Assembly: GCA_963693365.1 (NCBI GenBank)
Contig: CAVNZM010000001.1
Span: 13,998,418-14,062,417 of the forward strand
Direction: 5' to 3'
DNA from: Amoebidium appalachense
Lineage: Eukaryota > Protista > Ichthyosporea
DNA: 64,000 nucleotides
Below the pieces are notes generated by a model. The model was not told the origin of the DNA. It did no database searches and was given only the letters and a program-made list of their open reading frames with translations. Positions 1 to 33,186 of the stretch are shown piece after piece. How positions within the stretch are numbered: position 1 is the first letter of the stretch; each line of letters opens with the position of its first letter. The translations under genes and the position numbers were made by a program.

Positions 1-31
1 GAAGGGACGAAGGGGGGAGGGGAGAGGGGGT

Positions 32-66
<35 letters not shown>

Positions 67-1029
67 CAGGAGGGGATATACGATGAAAGTCCCGAATCTA
101 CTGTTCGAGTATTCCTGTGTTAAAGGTTGGGCACAACAGTAGTGTGTGCCTTCACATGGTGTTCGTTATTATTGTAGTCTTATAGTGTGCATCAAATTTT
201 ACTTATTTTTATTATTATTCTCATACATCTGCACCTATTTAACATATTGGAGGTAGGCACGCGGTCCTCCCTCCCTCCTCCCCCTCTGTCTCTTCCCCCC
301 CCCCCCCCCCCCTCCCTTCTTCCTTTTACAAGAATTTGTTGTTTTTTTTTTGTTTTTGCACTGAAATGTTATGTAAGCATGTAAAAAGAAAGATTCACTA
401 GGCATCTTCGTGCTTTTTGGTCATGTCGATATATAATATATGACTGGCAATAGTTTCTTTCTTTTCTTTTCTTTCTTTTCTTCTTTTCTTTCTTTCTTTC
501 TTTCTTTTTTTTTTTTTTTTAAGTTTCCATCATGTGTTGGGTAGTCAAAGAGAGTCAAGCTGTTGTCCCCCTAAACGACTTGACCGGGGGGATGGGGGGG
601 GGGGGGGGGGGGGGGGGGGGTGCCTTCGTGCAAGTGAAAGCTGGAGCCGACTTCGTGACCATACTCAGCTGTATCGAGTAGAACCCTTGTCGGAAAGACA
701 CATACCCTCCCATACAGAATAAGTAGTGTTTCATAAAAAAACCAGAACCGCAAATAGGCAGAACTCCATATCGAACCAAGTAAGTTAAACTATTGTTGCC
801 TTTTCTACACAGTCTAGGGAGACATTCTACTGTAATTTAAGCTTCCCGGCGCAAAAACATTCCTGTAACATCCCCCCCCCCCCCCCTCTCACCCCCCCTC
901 CCCCTCCCCCCCCCCCCCCCTCACCGCCCCCCTCCCCCCCATCCCCCCCCCCCCCCCCCCCCCCACCCCCACCACCTCCTCCCCTTCAGGGGGAAGGCGG
1001 GGCGGCTTGGGCTGAGGTGGGTGTCCGTC

Positions 1030-1072
1030 GGCAGGCAGGGTAACTTTAAACGGCAGGCAGGTTAACTTTAAA
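1030..1072. repeat. 22-bp tandem duplication
   Basis: GGCAGGCAGGGTAACTTTAAA followed by C-GGCAGGCAGGTTAACTTTAAA. Confidence 0.85.
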
Positions 1073-1422
1073 GAGGGGTTTAGGGATGTCACAAGTTCTC
1101 ATGCTTTCCCTCCTAAGATTGAAACTTCTCTTGTCCCCTCCCCCCCACCCCCCCTTTCCCTCCCCACCCCCCCTCCCCCCCCTCTCCCCCCCCTCCCCCT
1201 CCCCCCCCCCCCCCCCCCCCCCCGCCCCCACCCCCATCCCCACCCCCCCTGAGGCACAATGTCCACAAGTCCTTTCGGTTTGAGGGGTACAGGGATGACG
1301 GTTGTAATGATGGGCATGTAGGTGAATAAGGGAAGATGATTGAATGACTCACCATGCGTGTGGGGATGTCGGTGTGTGCGTGGGTGGGTGGGTGGAAGCG
1401 GGAGGGGGAGGGGGAGAGAGAC

Positions 1423-1467
<45 letters not shown>

Positions 1468-2762
1468 AGGGGGGGGGGGGGGAAGGAGAAGGGAGGGGGA
1501 GGGGGGATTAGGATTATAGGTCACGAGGCTTTAGGAAACAACCACCCACCCTCTCCCCTCCCTCCCTCCCCCCATCCCCCCCCTCACCCCTCCAACCCCT
1601 CCTTCCCCCCTCCTCCTCCCCCCCCCCCCCCCACCCCCGCCCCCCCTCACTCCAGCGGCAGAAAAAATAATTGGAAAATGGCGTAACTAACCGACATGGT
1701 TTCATCTCGACACCATGACACTCCACAATACACTTGCCTATCCTCATTTTATCCCTCCCTCTTTCCTCCCCCCCCCCCCCCCCCTTCCCCCCCCACCCCC
1801 CCCCCCCCCTTTCCCCCTCCCCCCCCCCCCCCCCCTTTTGACCCCTCTCTTCTCCCCTCCCCCCCTTCCCATCCTCACCGAATACCATGGTCCCCCCTCA
1901 GCGAAGTAATTTTATTTTTTTCCCATGAAGACGTAGAAAATGGAATTGAAACAGCCAGCCAAGAGCCCCCCTCCTCCCCCACCCCCTCCCCCCTCCCTCC
2001 CAACCCCCCCCCCACATCACCACCACCACCACCACCATTTTTAATAATGAGGGACAAAATGGAAAAAAACAAATATAAAAAAATAAAGACCTGTACCATC
2101 CACCTACCCGGTTCTTCCGATACCATCACACAGAACAAAAAAAACAAAAAACACCGCAAAAGACACATCCATTCTCTTTGTGCCCCTCCCTCCCTCCCTC
2201 CCCCCCCCCCCCCCCCCCTGCCTGCGCGGCCTGTCACCTAACCAACCCACCCACCCACTCACCCACGCAATCCTATTGGTCAATGAGAGAGCAACTACAA
2301 CTACAAAAAAAAAAAAAAAAAAAAAAAACTACCCCATCAAACCATTCAATCCAGCCAATCTCACCTCCAAACCAACACACACCATCAACCACACGTCCCT
2401 CCTCACCTCCTCCTCCCCCCCCCGTCCTCCCCTCCCCCCTCTCCTCCCCGTCCCCCCCTTCCCCCCTTTCCCCGGCCTCCCTCCACTGCACGTCCCCCCT
2501 CCTCCCCCCCTCCCCCTCCCCCCCTCCCCTCCCCCCACCCTCCTTTCCCAACTTTTCTCGAGGTATAGCTTGGTTCTCAACTTATTAAAAAGTCAAATGA
2601 ACAGAGAGCTATGATAGATCGAGGGAGATTGCCCCTAATACATACTGCGAGTGTGAATTGTTATCGGCTAATTATACTTTGGCGGATTTGTCAAGTTTGG
2701 GTTCACTTCAGGACTCTGTGGTTATGTCAGACTGGAGAGGAAAGGGGGAAAGGGGGGAAGGG

Positions 2763-2800
<38 letters not shown>

Positions 2801-3096
2801 GGGGGGGATTGGGGACAAAGAAGAGGGCACCCCAGGCATAACATTGTAAGCAACAAAGGCACTCCGGAAAGAAGGGAAGGGAGGGAGAGGGGGTTGGGGG
2901 GGGGAGCCACAAAAAACGTGAAACTGGGAGTGTGTACAAAGACCAAAACAAAACAAGAGGAATAGACACAGGCCAAAATTGCCTGGTCGATCAACCGGTT
3001 AAAAATTTAAATCCATTTAACCGATCAATCAGGATTGTTCACTCAATTACTCGGAGGTTAACATGCTGCGCCCTCCTTATGTATACACCACATTAC

Positions 3097-7083
<3,987 letters not shown>

Positions 7084-7189
7084 GAATGCACAAAAACTTC
7101 ACTGGTCACCAATTGACTCGCTTCATAGTTCGCATGTTGGTGTCCGCTTCATGAACAACTGGAACAACTACGACTCATCGGCGATCGTA

Positions 7190-7341
7190 TCATATATATA
7201 TGACAGTGAATGGTGCGTTTTGGGCAAATAGGCGTGCTGATGCTAATAGCCTTTGTGATTGGTTAATGTTTAGAATTAGCACTACTGATTGGATCTAGAT
7301 TTTGTGCTAAAAGAAACACATGACTTTTAAACAGTGATTGG
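7190..7341 (-). promoter_or_regulatory. Candidate core promoter: three CCAATCA boxes and a TATATATA element
   Basis: TGATTGG occurs at 7256, 7286 and 7335 (CCAATCA on minus). An (AT)n TATA-like run at ~7192-7201 lies upstream of the minus-strand ATG at 7083. Confidence 0.45.
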
Positions 7342-7691
7342 TATTTGTTTGGTGCGGGACCCTGCGGGACCCTTGTAACGTGACCAAAGTGGATGGAAGA
7401 GGTCCCCAGACACGAGATCATACAAAAAATCGCATATCAAGAGCAAAGTTTCCCCCCCAAAACTATATACATATACATATTATATCAACACTCATTGTCT
7501 TGATAAGACTAGCCGTATACATCAATTCCCGATCACGCCCGCCCCTAGGCCTGTCGCACATATTTCAACTTTGAGCGGGAGCCAATCATTGCGCTTTTGC
7601 ATTGGTGCATGTATCACCGTTTGGTCCGCCCCGGAATATGGATTTGCATGGCATATCACAACTTGCTGGCAAATCGGCTTGTCACTTGAGG

Positions 7692-8211
7692 TCAGGCCGT
7701 TACAAGCACATCTACAAAAAGAGGTGTGCACTTAATGAGTAAGGTTGATTTCTTGATTTTGAACATTAACTCTGCCGTAATTTTATTTGTTTCTGCTTCC
7801 CCGGGTCCTCTTCTACGTGTTGACACGTCCACATGCATGTACAACGACCCGGTACCCTTGTAAGAAGCAAATATATCAATACCATAAAGGAAGCTTTGAG
7901 ATAACAGAGCGTAATTTGAACACCACCTAAATTTCATGATATGGTCGATTTGGCATCCCAGGCCGGTGCGCAAAACGGGGCATTGTAGGCCTACAGCATG
8001 CAGGAGAGAAGGAGGACTTGAAAGTGTGTCACGGTGGACCAAGACCGTCTCGCTGAAACTTTTGAAGGCCGCATCGATCGATTCGCTCGATTCCTCGTTT
8101 GGTGTTAGAAGGTCATAGAGTCTACCATTTTTGACTGTCGACCTTATGTCGTGTTTGAAGTTTTTTCGTAATCATACACCCTGGCATGTTCAGGCCACAC
8201 ACTTCACGCAT
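7692..8211 (-). CDS. Possible ~170-aa orphan ORF requiring removal of one base in T6 at 8161-8166
   Basis: A stop-free frame of ~160 codons runs from 8170 to 7692 (KNFKHDIRSTVKNGRLYDLL...LYGIDIFASYKG...). The upstream ATG frame joins it if one base of the homopolymer is removed. No homology recognised. Confidence 0.2.
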
Positions 8212-8549
8212 CGGTGGTGTCTCAGACGGTCACAGTTATAGGGTAGGACTGTCACAGCATTCTTCTTCTTTTTTTTTGAGGGGCCAGCATTTGGTAACGA
8301 GAGTGCAGAATCCACACAACTCCACACTGCCAAGCTTGAGGACACTCAATAACGCACACTGTGCCTCTCTGTCTCTTCTTGAAACGAAGCTTGCGCTGAA
8401 TCATCTACTCCGTGACTACAAATTGTGTAGGCTTTACAACAACTCGTGTGAGCTTTCGTAACTGCAGGTTTCAACTCGCTCATGGCGCCGTAAACTCGCG
8501 ATGCACGCGTGTAACACACGTGGCACACACGTGACACTCTTGCACCATC

Positions 8550-10113
8550 ATGGCTGCAGTAGGGGCCAAACAAACGTTGGCACGCCGGAAAGATGCCGCC
8601 ATCGAGCGTTTTCAAGCGGTGAAAAGCGGTGCTGCTAACGGAACATGGCGCTTGAAATCTCTTTCAATACCCGACTTCGTAGGGTCCAGATACCGCGGAC
8701 CACGCTCTCCGAGCGAGTCATCACCCACTACAGAAACTCCACCCGATGCGGTTGTTAACAGCATTTTTACGTTTGAGAAAACAGTCGCTGATCTCTGCGA
8801 GAAAAACGGCTGGAGCACGAACGTGACCGTCGCAGATGCGAAGAAGGATGATGGGTCTTACACGCATGTTGTTGGTTACACTCTTAATGACATGCATAGC
8901 CCCGCACATGTTGTAACGGGTTGTGACATCGTGCAAGACGTGAGTTCTAACGAACAGCAGAAGCGTCCGAGTGGTGGGTACTTGCATCCTTCTAAAGCAG
9001 CATCTACAGCGCCGGAAAGTGACGAACTTAGCCCACGCTTTACACCACTTCTACGCTCGAGATCTACCCCTGGCAATGCCTCGAAAAATGTAAGCTATGA
9101 CTCGCATAGTTATCTCGATAGCAGCACGACGTCTATCGCCGTCACGGCCCCAATAATCCTCACACAAAACACGCAGCCGTTCACGCATGTAAGGAGAAAG
9201 GGGAGCATATTCGGTGACCTGGCGGCGAGTTTTTTTCACCGGGACGGTGCGAAACCTGAGTAATGTTTCCCCTGGAATTTTGGAAACAAAGTTTCAGTTT
9301 CCGACAGCGCAAAAGAAACATTCCGCGCCTATCGCCGGGGAAAATCTTTCGGGCACATCCGGAAGATGGAGGACAACATCGAGATTTGTTGACGAAAATA
9401 CCCCCAGCACAGTGCAGGCTGTGCATGCAGTGTCGTCGACGCAGAGCAACAGAAGCGCCGGCACAGCTAGCGATCCTCCGGTGATTGTCGCGATTACGTT
9501 TATGGAGGAACGCAAACAGCTGCGCGACGTGTTGGGAAAGATAGACACCCACTTGGAGCGTAGGGGAAGGTGTGTGTCTCCGGTACCACTTGCAGCACAT
9601 GAGAGCCAGCCACGTCTGGAACGTCCCACCTCTCTCCGCACGAAACTAGAAAGCGCGCAGAGGTGGGCTAGGCCGAGACGGGTGTCGTTTCGTAACGAAT
9701 ATTGCTCCCCGCCAACTCAAAAACGCACAAGTAAATTGTCTGCGCCGTTTGTCCTCTCCAGCTCTTCCGAAGTGACGTTTTTTACCGCGTCTATTCGGCA
9801 AAACGGGGCGGAATTCCAACAGAACAGTAGGCCGAATAGGTCGCCGTCGCGAGGGAACACGAACGTAAATCCCACCGAGGATATACTTTCACCCCTCTCG
9901 CCGTCCATTTCGGTTGCTCGCTGTTTGAGCCTCCCCCCAAGCCCCAAACCCAGTGTGTGGGTGTGTGACCGGGCGAGCCGGCCGACCAATGCGAAGAGGA
10001 GAAAATCATCCATTTCGCACCATTTGACGAGCATGAGGCAATCCCTGTCGGATGCTGTTTCATCGACTCTATCGTCTGTCAGGGGGGACATGAAGGAGAA
10101 ACTTATCGAATGA
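8550..10113 (+). CDS. Ser/Thr/Pro/Arg-rich low-complexity protein (~520 aa), split into two overlapping ORFs
   Basis: ORFs 8550-9263 and 9214-10113 have similar composition. They join in frame by deleting one T in T7 (9230-9236) or by a phase-0 intron 9189-9297 (GTAAGG...TTTCAG). Motifs RRKGS, RRKSS (PKA-like) and RRVSF (RVxF-like) are present. Confidence 0.6.
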
Positions 10114-10520
10114 GACAGATATATTATTAATACTACGTGCGGGTGCTTATTTAGTCAACCCGCAGTTTTTGAATGAATGATCTAATATTGTTGGTTTCGT
10201 TAGGGAGCAGCTGGGGTTGTTTGTAGCTGTGCTAAGTGTGTTCTCTGACTGGGGTAACTGACTGGGGTAACTGGAGAGCCGTTCACCACCTACGATTCTT
10301 TGCCTAGAACCGCTTTTTGCTCGGACAAGAATCGACAATCTAGCAAGCCTTAGGCCACAAGGTCTGTGTTCCATAGCCTATCTAACGTTAGCTAACTACC
10401 TTCTTAGTAGTAGTTGGTAAAACCACCGTAGCATTACTTATAAAATTTGAGGGCAGGTTGACAATCACAGTAGTATTGTCAGTGGACTCATCGTGGACAT
10501 CTCGGTTTGAGTGATTATAG

Positions 10521-10582
<62 letters not shown>

Positions 10583-10874
10583 TGCCTCCTTCCCACTGCC
10601 ACGCACACACACACAAACACACACACACACCCGGCTTAGGCTACACATATACACACAAACACACACCACATAAACACACAAACACACACCACACGCACAT
10701 GCACACGCTGCACGGGCACACACGTGCACACACACACACACAGACGGACGAATCAGTGACACACAAGCAAACGTCACCGTGACACACACTGTGACACGTA
10801 TGGGCACACACACACACTGACACACACATACACAACACATATGTGCATGCACGCAGAACAGCATGCACGCAAGC

Positions 10875-10934
<60 letters not shown>

Positions 10935-11156
10935 TACACACACACACACACACACACCATGGCACATGCACAGATCGGGCCGCGCACAAAAACACACACG
11001 TGCACTCTTACACAGACCTGATCACGCGCACAGTTTTACACAAACAAACACGAACAGACACACTATTTTTGAAATGTGCACGCACACACATGGTGGCACA
11101 CATGTAAGACATGTACACAAACCACAATGATACACACACTGGCAAAAACACATGCC

Positions 11157-11249
<93 letters not shown>

Positions 11250-11393
11250 GCGCGCGCGCGAGCGCACGCGCTTCTGTAAATCACAGAATCACACACATAC
11301 ACACCATTGCACATGCAACCACAAACCGTTATCAGGCGCACACGAAGCAATGAGCGAACGTTTTGGGAGATGGCCCAAGCACGTGCAAATCAG

Positions 11394-11892
11394 CAGAGTT
11401 AACTTGCTGCAAGCTGAAACTTATAAATTATGTATTAATTGTTCTGCAAAAAGATAAATCTGCTTTCAGATTTATTCAGCAAAAGCAGAATTATTTTGCT
11501 CTGCAGCTGAGCAGCATTATTCTGCTTCGAGTATAGGTACTCTGCAAAAATCGAGTAAGTTACAGATTATGGAATTCTTCTGTAGCTGATAAAATTCTGC
11601 TACGGAGCTGGCCAGATTATTCCGCCTGGAACAATATTCCTACTTTTAAATTTTTGGTTGTTTTAAATTTCTGCTGCCGTGAGCAGATTTGCGAAACTTA
11701 TCCTCCTTGGTGCAGGATAATTCTGCTCAAAGCAGAACAATTCTATTCAGAGAAGAAATGGTTCTTCTTGTGCAGAATAATCATTGCTTTTGCCTAATAT
11801 AGTAATTCTGCTGAAAGCGAAATATTTCTGCTTTTTAGTGAATGGTAGATCTTCAGTTGCAGAATAACTCAGCTTGCATGGAGTTGACCCTG
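11394..11892. mobile_element. MITE-like element (~500 bp) with 24-bp imperfect TIRs and internal GCAGAAT/ATTCTGC palindromic repeats
   Basis: The left end CAGAGTTAACTTGCTGCAAGCTGA matches the reverse complement of the right end CAGGGTCAACTCCATGCAAGCTGA at 19/24. The interior has many degenerate GCAGAATWATTCTGC half-sites. CAG(G/A)G termini are hAT-like. No clean TSD. Confidence 0.6.
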
Positions 11893-11977
11893 CGCAACAT
11901 GTGGTTGGGACCAAAGGAGGCACGGATCGTGATAGCAACTGAACTGAGCATGCGCAACAGAACACGAAAGGCCACGT

Positions 11978-12012
<35 letters not shown>

Positions 12013-12035
12013 TGTGGTGGTGGTTTGTTTTGGGC

Positions 12036-12079
<44 letters not shown>

Positions 12080-12880
12080 GCTGGGAGCTGGGGTCTGAGA
12101 ATGTGTTGCAGCGGCACGAGGTAGACAACCATAACGAGCAACACCATGCACGGTGTAAACCACACTGACGGGCTCGGCTAAAAATAAGCAGTCTAAAAAC
12201 AGCATGCGCAGAGCTCGAGCCGATCAATATCCTCCGCTGGGGGGCGGGGAGGGGTGGGGGGGGAGGGGGGCGTGCATGCACCATGGCCTAAGACAAGACA
12301 CACAGGCTCTGCGTGTGGCCGCCTGCAAATATTATGCAAATTTTTTATTTGCAATCGTGAGCGTGGATGGGTCCAAAACTGTTCGGTGCACCTTTCCCAA
12401 CCCAGTGCAACTTATGATCTTATTTTGCAAAAACACATACCAAGACAAATAAGGAACAATCATTGCGATCATGTTTCATTTTTGGGGTAATTCAGTTCCA
12501 CTATTCGAGGGTACTATCTCGAACTGTTATATCTCCCTGCCTGAAGTCCTACCAGGCACTCATAGTGTTACACTACGAACAATACACTATATCACTGGAT
12601 TCCACGTAGATTAATCAAATAAGCCGTCCAGCTCAGTACACACCCATCACCACCGACACACGCACTCTCTCACCCCATATTCCTTCTTCTAAACACACCG
12701 CCTTCCGCAAGAAAGAAACCACATGTGCCAAACACCCACCAAAGCATGATACAACTCACACGATTGACACTAAGAAACAAATACAGAATGGCGCCGGCAA
12801 CCCACACAAAAAAATCCTTTTGTCATACCTCAATCAAAAACCCCACCACCACACCCTATCAAAATTCCACACACTACACT

Positions 12881-19031
<6,151 letters not shown>

Positions 19032-21243
19032 TGTGCACACACGTAGAAATTAGACTGGAGCTCGTACGGTGTAAGCGTGTGATACGGTGAGTGTGCGTGT
19101 TTCCGCGGCTTTCCTGATTTCGAAGGTGGGTGATAAACTACTCAAAGAGTAAGTTTTTGTTACGACTTGGTGTAGGCTTGTGTTTATAGAACTTACTAGA
19201 GTTCAGCCCCTGGAAAGGGGGCCGTGCTATATGTGTCGCCGCCTAAACTGAAAAGGTTGAAAAAGAAGCGCAGTGGGGTGGAAGCCGCTTCCGGAGACAA
19301 GGAAGTGGTGGGCGGAGACAGACTCGGATCGAGCTTGACTTCAAACAGGCCTCTTGTTCCCCCAGCCCATTAGAAGGCTGGAGGGGGGGCTTTTAGCAGA
19401 TTTACAGTTTTCTGAAAAACGGGTTATCGAGTTGTAACAGCGTACAATAAATATATGTGAGACTTAGGTTATTTATTTGTAGTGTTATATAACTATACGA
19501 CATAAGGTATTTGTTTGCTTTTTTATTCTAGTTACACACGCAAAAAAGAAAACACAAATAAGGGAAATATAGATGGTTCTCCCAAATGAAGTGTAGGGTG
19601 ATTAAGGGTGTATTAAAGGAATTATCAAGGAATCGGCAGGCATACCATTATGATACAGTCACGCGAGTGGCTTCCAAATTAACATTAAAATAAATAACTA
19701 TAGCAAGATATTCTTCTAGCGCTTAAAGTGTTTAACAAATATTTACTTCGTTAATAATCATGTACTGTCATTGCTTTTGTGTGAATGCCCTCGAGTAAAT
19801 AGAAGTGCGTCGGATCTTTATTCTCGCATGTACATATTTTATTAGGAAACAGTGTTCATTTCTAGTTATACTGTATAAAATTATTTTGTTCACAGGTGTA
19901 TATTGTAACTACCGTAGAATGATAGAAGTCTATTTGCCTTAGCGCAGAGGTTTTCAAGGCATTCCTATGAACTTTCACCATTCCCCGGGTCGACCAATCA
20001 AAGACAGCTTCTGACATATTTTTGGAGCATGGCGAATTGCTAAGGGATAATTTAGCAGGGCCTGAGGCTGAAGCCCTCAAGCACAGCGGTCTGAAATTTC
20101 AAAAGGCTCCATATGACGGACGCGCCAATCCTCACGAATACATGTCTAAGCAACTGAAATATGGTTTTTTTATTAAAAGTACATACAAATTTTTAGTTCA
20201 TAGAGGCAGAAAGATACGAAAAGAACGCTTACTGATAAGCGAGGGCCGCGCGGCGCGAAGCTTGCACAGATCTAAGGATCTAAAGGCTAAACTATGGCGG
20301 ACCAGTCGCGTTCCACCTTCCTAAAACGGATCCAATCACTATGAAATAACGAGGTAGGCAACAAGTCAACCTCCTGAAGCTGAGTGGACTCGAGTGTAGG
20401 ACCGAATCGTGATGTATTCTAAGCGTTTATTAAACTGTTATAGCATAAATCAGCGTTTATATTTGAATTTTTATGTGCTGTAACAATTTCGGCACTTCAA
20501 AAATCACCATTGTTCTCCACACTCAGCGCAATCCGACGTGTCTGATCATGTCAGACCCAGTCAACAAGCTCAATGCTCTTTCCTTTTTCTTTACCCACCT
20601 CACTCTATTTGATCTATTGAAAACAAATAAAATCTCGGCGTGGCGGTGTCTGTGAACGTACACGGTGAAGCTCAGATTCAATGTGTTGGCCACGCGTGGT
20701 GGCTTCCAAGTTTTGCCAAGAAGTAAACTTAGAACTCCACTTCACGAAGGCGAGTGTTCTTCCCCTTCCACCCCCTCCCCCCAACCACCCACCCAACCCA
20801 CCCCACCCCAACTCCCCTCCCCTTCCTCCCGTGCGCGCATGATCCTCCCTTAAAAGGCACACTCTCAACATTCATTCATTCTTCATTTGTCCCCGCCCCC
20901 CCTGTCTAGCCTGCAACGCACTCACACTGCCTTGCTTTTCCACGTTCATCCATCCTCTTCCCTGATCCTCCCCCCCATCCCCCTGCCCTCTGAGTCCCGA
21001 CAGCCAACCCTTCAACCCACACATCCTGAAACCTAGGAATAGCCAATGGCATAGCCACTGCCTTCCCTTTGCCCACACCAAAAAATACTTCTAGCTTCGT
21101 GCACACACGTGCACATGGACACACACACACACGAACAGACGCACAAGCAAGCACACAGGCACACGTGCACGAGTGTGCCGGCACTTACCGATGCCACGTC
21201 CACACACATACACAAGCACACCCACATACACGAACACACGCAC

Positions 21244-21288
<45 letters not shown>

Positions 21289-21368
21289 CGCACACACACA
21301 CACAAACCGTACACACACACCAACACACACGCACGCACGCACGCACGCACGCACACACACACGCACGC

Positions 21369-21431
<63 letters not shown>

Positions 21432-21868
21432 CACGCACACACACATACACACACACTCGCACTAACAAACAGACAGACACGGACATGCGCGCGTGCACAC
21501 AGACACACACCCACCCACACACCCACACACCCCCCCACACACCCCCCCACACACGCACACACACACACACGTACTCACGCACACGTCGCCCTCCCCCCCC
21601 CCCCTCCCCCTCCCAGGTCCCCCATTTAGCTCCATAACACAAACCTTTTCCTTTCTCTTTTCTTTGTTTCTTTCTTTCTTTTTTTTTTTTTTTGGGGGGG
21701 GGGGGGGGGGGGGAGAGGGGGTGAGGAGGGGGTGCGAAGAAAAAAGAAAAAAAAAACAACAAGTAAATAAAAGTCTCTCCATACATACACCTGCCAATCT
21801 GCTTTCTTTTTTTTCTTCAACACCGCCTCGCCCCCTTTTCTTCTTTCTTCCTCTCTCCTTCTTTTTCT

Positions 21869-21910
<42 letters not shown>

Positions 21911-21949
21911 ACCCCCACCCCCACCACCACCACCACCAGACAGTGCAAG

Positions 21950-30648
<8,699 letters not shown>

Positions 30649-31255
30649 TTGGTTCGCTAATTTGCAGTAAGTCCATGGCAGTGTAGAGCTAATGTACAAA
30701 AAAAGGGGTTGATGATGGATGATGTATGCTTTATGTATTAAAGGTTGTTTTGGAATGTAGTATACTGTAAGGATTCTTGTGATGCGGTACCCAGCTAGAC
30801 GTGCGCTTTTCAAATGAAGACGCGTGATTGTATACGGGTGCAAATATTTCTGTGGCGATTTGGTTTTTAAAGGCAGTGTTTGATTTATAATCATTTTGAA
30901 GTGTAGGGCAGCTTTTCTAATGGCAGCATTTCTGCTTGCATGTAACTTATAATGATTATGCAGTGTTCTGGTGGAACTTCGGAACCTTTCCCTGTTCAAC
31001 TGAATAAATCTCGTGACTTTGTGTGTTGAAGTCCCCCCCCCCCCCCCCCCCCCCCCCCCTTCCCCACGGCACTCCCGGCGCGAAGTACATGGCAAAAATG
31101 TGTACATGGAATGAATAATTGACGAAATACATGCTCAGAGGGGATGAAGTGCACGGCACATATGCATACACTGAGTGAGCGAGCGAAAGATAAGAGAGGG
31201 AGAAAGAGGGATTGAGAGATTGAGAGAGAGAGAAAGAGAGAGGGAGAGAGAGACT

Positions 31256-31303
<48 letters not shown>

Positions 31304-31343
31304 AGAGAGAGAGACCCTTGCAAAGAGAGAAAGAGAGAGAGAA

Positions 31344-31410
<67 letters not shown>

Positions 31411-31456
31411 GTACGTGTGTGTAACAGTTTGTGTGTGTTTTTTTTTTTTTTTTTTT

Positions 31457-31502
<46 letters not shown>

Positions 31503-31925
31503 AAGAAATTCATTGGAGTAGATACTGGGCTCGGCACAGCTGATGGAAGTTTTTCAAATTTGGCATAAGGCAGATTTTTTGGAGCGAGAAAGTTCTCGCT
31601 TTGGGTACTTGAGACATGACAAAGGTATAGGGAAAACTAATATTAGCACTCCATACTGTCAATACTGAAGGCTTTTCCAATGATTTTAGGACACGTTGCC
31701 AAGTAATGCAAAAATCTCTCGGTGCAATTATTTATGGCGACCGTGGGGAGGGAGGGCAAGGCGGGGGGAAGGGGGGGGGGGGGGGGAACAGGGTGTCCGG
31801 TGACATGTGCGACTACATAAGCTTTGCGGCCGGTGCAAAGAGACTGATAGTGAAAAAAAAGCTACGGCAGCTGTCTCGGCAGCTGTGAGTGTGTGTGTAA
31901 GGTTTGAAAGTTTTATTTTTTTTCT

Positions 31926-31958
<33 letters not shown>

Positions 31959-32901
31959 AGCTTGTGGATGATTCAAGGAACTGGGGGAGAGGAGGGGAGG
32001 GGGGGGGGGGGGGGGTTAGCTTTTTGGTTTGGGGGAAGGGAGGAGTGTTTTTTTTTTTTGTTTTTTTTTTTGGGGGGGGGGGGGGAGGGGGAGGGGGGGG
32101 TCGGGGGGGGGGGTCGGGGGTCGGGGGGGGGGGGGGGGGGGGGGGGGATTAAGGGTGAAGGGAAACACAACGGTTATTCACACAGTACTAGGATAAGGTG
32201 GCGCAAAGTGTCCAAAAGGGGCCCAGAGAAAGGGGAGGGGAAGAGTTGGGGTGGGGCGGATGGGCGGGGGTGGGGGGAGGGGAGGGGGAGGAAGGGGGGG
32301 GGGGGGGGGGGGGGGGGAGAAGGGGGGGGGGGGGGGGGGGGGTGCATATGAGAGGCAATGTGCATACGTATGCATATGTGTACACATCCGAGTGGACGCT
32401 GAGTTCAACTATGTAGTAAACTACAGGCCCGCTGCATACCACATAAACGAAGTGAACCCATAAGATGTTTGAATAAATAGGACGAAGGTCTGACTGGCTC
32501 AGACCGCACCAGAATCACGAATGGCATGTTGCCACCCGCGTTGGCCGCGGATGAACCAATCCTGGGCGTTGATCCGAAATCTGGGGGCTATAATAAGAAA
32601 GCCGTCCCAGTACGGGGGATCAGTGAAGTCAGACTGAGACAGTCAGACACGAAGCCCATATTAAAACTACCTGGCCGCGTGTGCCTTTCTACCCGTTCCC
32701 TGTCTTACTTTGATTCAGTTGTACTCCGCCTTATCCTAACTAGTTCAACTGTTTACATAATAAGGATGTTGGATCGTGAATCAGGGGGTGGTTCAATGGT
32801 GCGGTTTAAAGCAGACAATGCCCACAGACCCCCAACCCATGAACCTAACCACCCATGTGCACACCGTCACACCCACATCGCCATAGCATTCACACCATTA
32901 A

Positions 32902-33186
32902 GGGATTTTATCGAAAAAATTGACCTAAGGTTTTTTTAAAGTTTTTTCATGTTTTTCCGTGATCGCTTGAGCAGATCAAACTGTTATGCTGGTATCTCAG
33001 TCTACGTGTGCAGGGGGTATAACAACACACAAACTGTGAAAACTTGGTGCATTTTGGTTGAACGGTTCCCAAGTTATTACATTTTTAATTTTTTGAAACG
33101 TGCATAACGTTATGCTCAAACCTGCATAACGTATACAATTTTACTTAGTAAATGTAAATTTGCCTCAAAAAATTCGTTAAAGTGCC
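32902..33186. mobile_element. Possible Kolobok-like MITE relic
   Basis: Left TTAA|GGGATTTTATCGAA versus reverse complement of the right end GGCACTTTAACGAA (11/14). The right flank is TTCA and the interior is AT-rich. Confidence 0.35.

Noticed and set aside
19930-20324. 100-aa ORF (MEHGELLRDN...) upstream of thiM
   Set aside because: It has a non-ATG start, in-frame stops just upstream and no recognisable motif; at most a decayed relic.
20665-20749. Alternative thiM first coding exon using a GC donor (GAAG|GCGAGT)
   Set aside because: It is phase-compatible with the acceptor at 21939 but has no in-frame ATG (TGA at 20653). It is more plausibly a 5'UTR exon.
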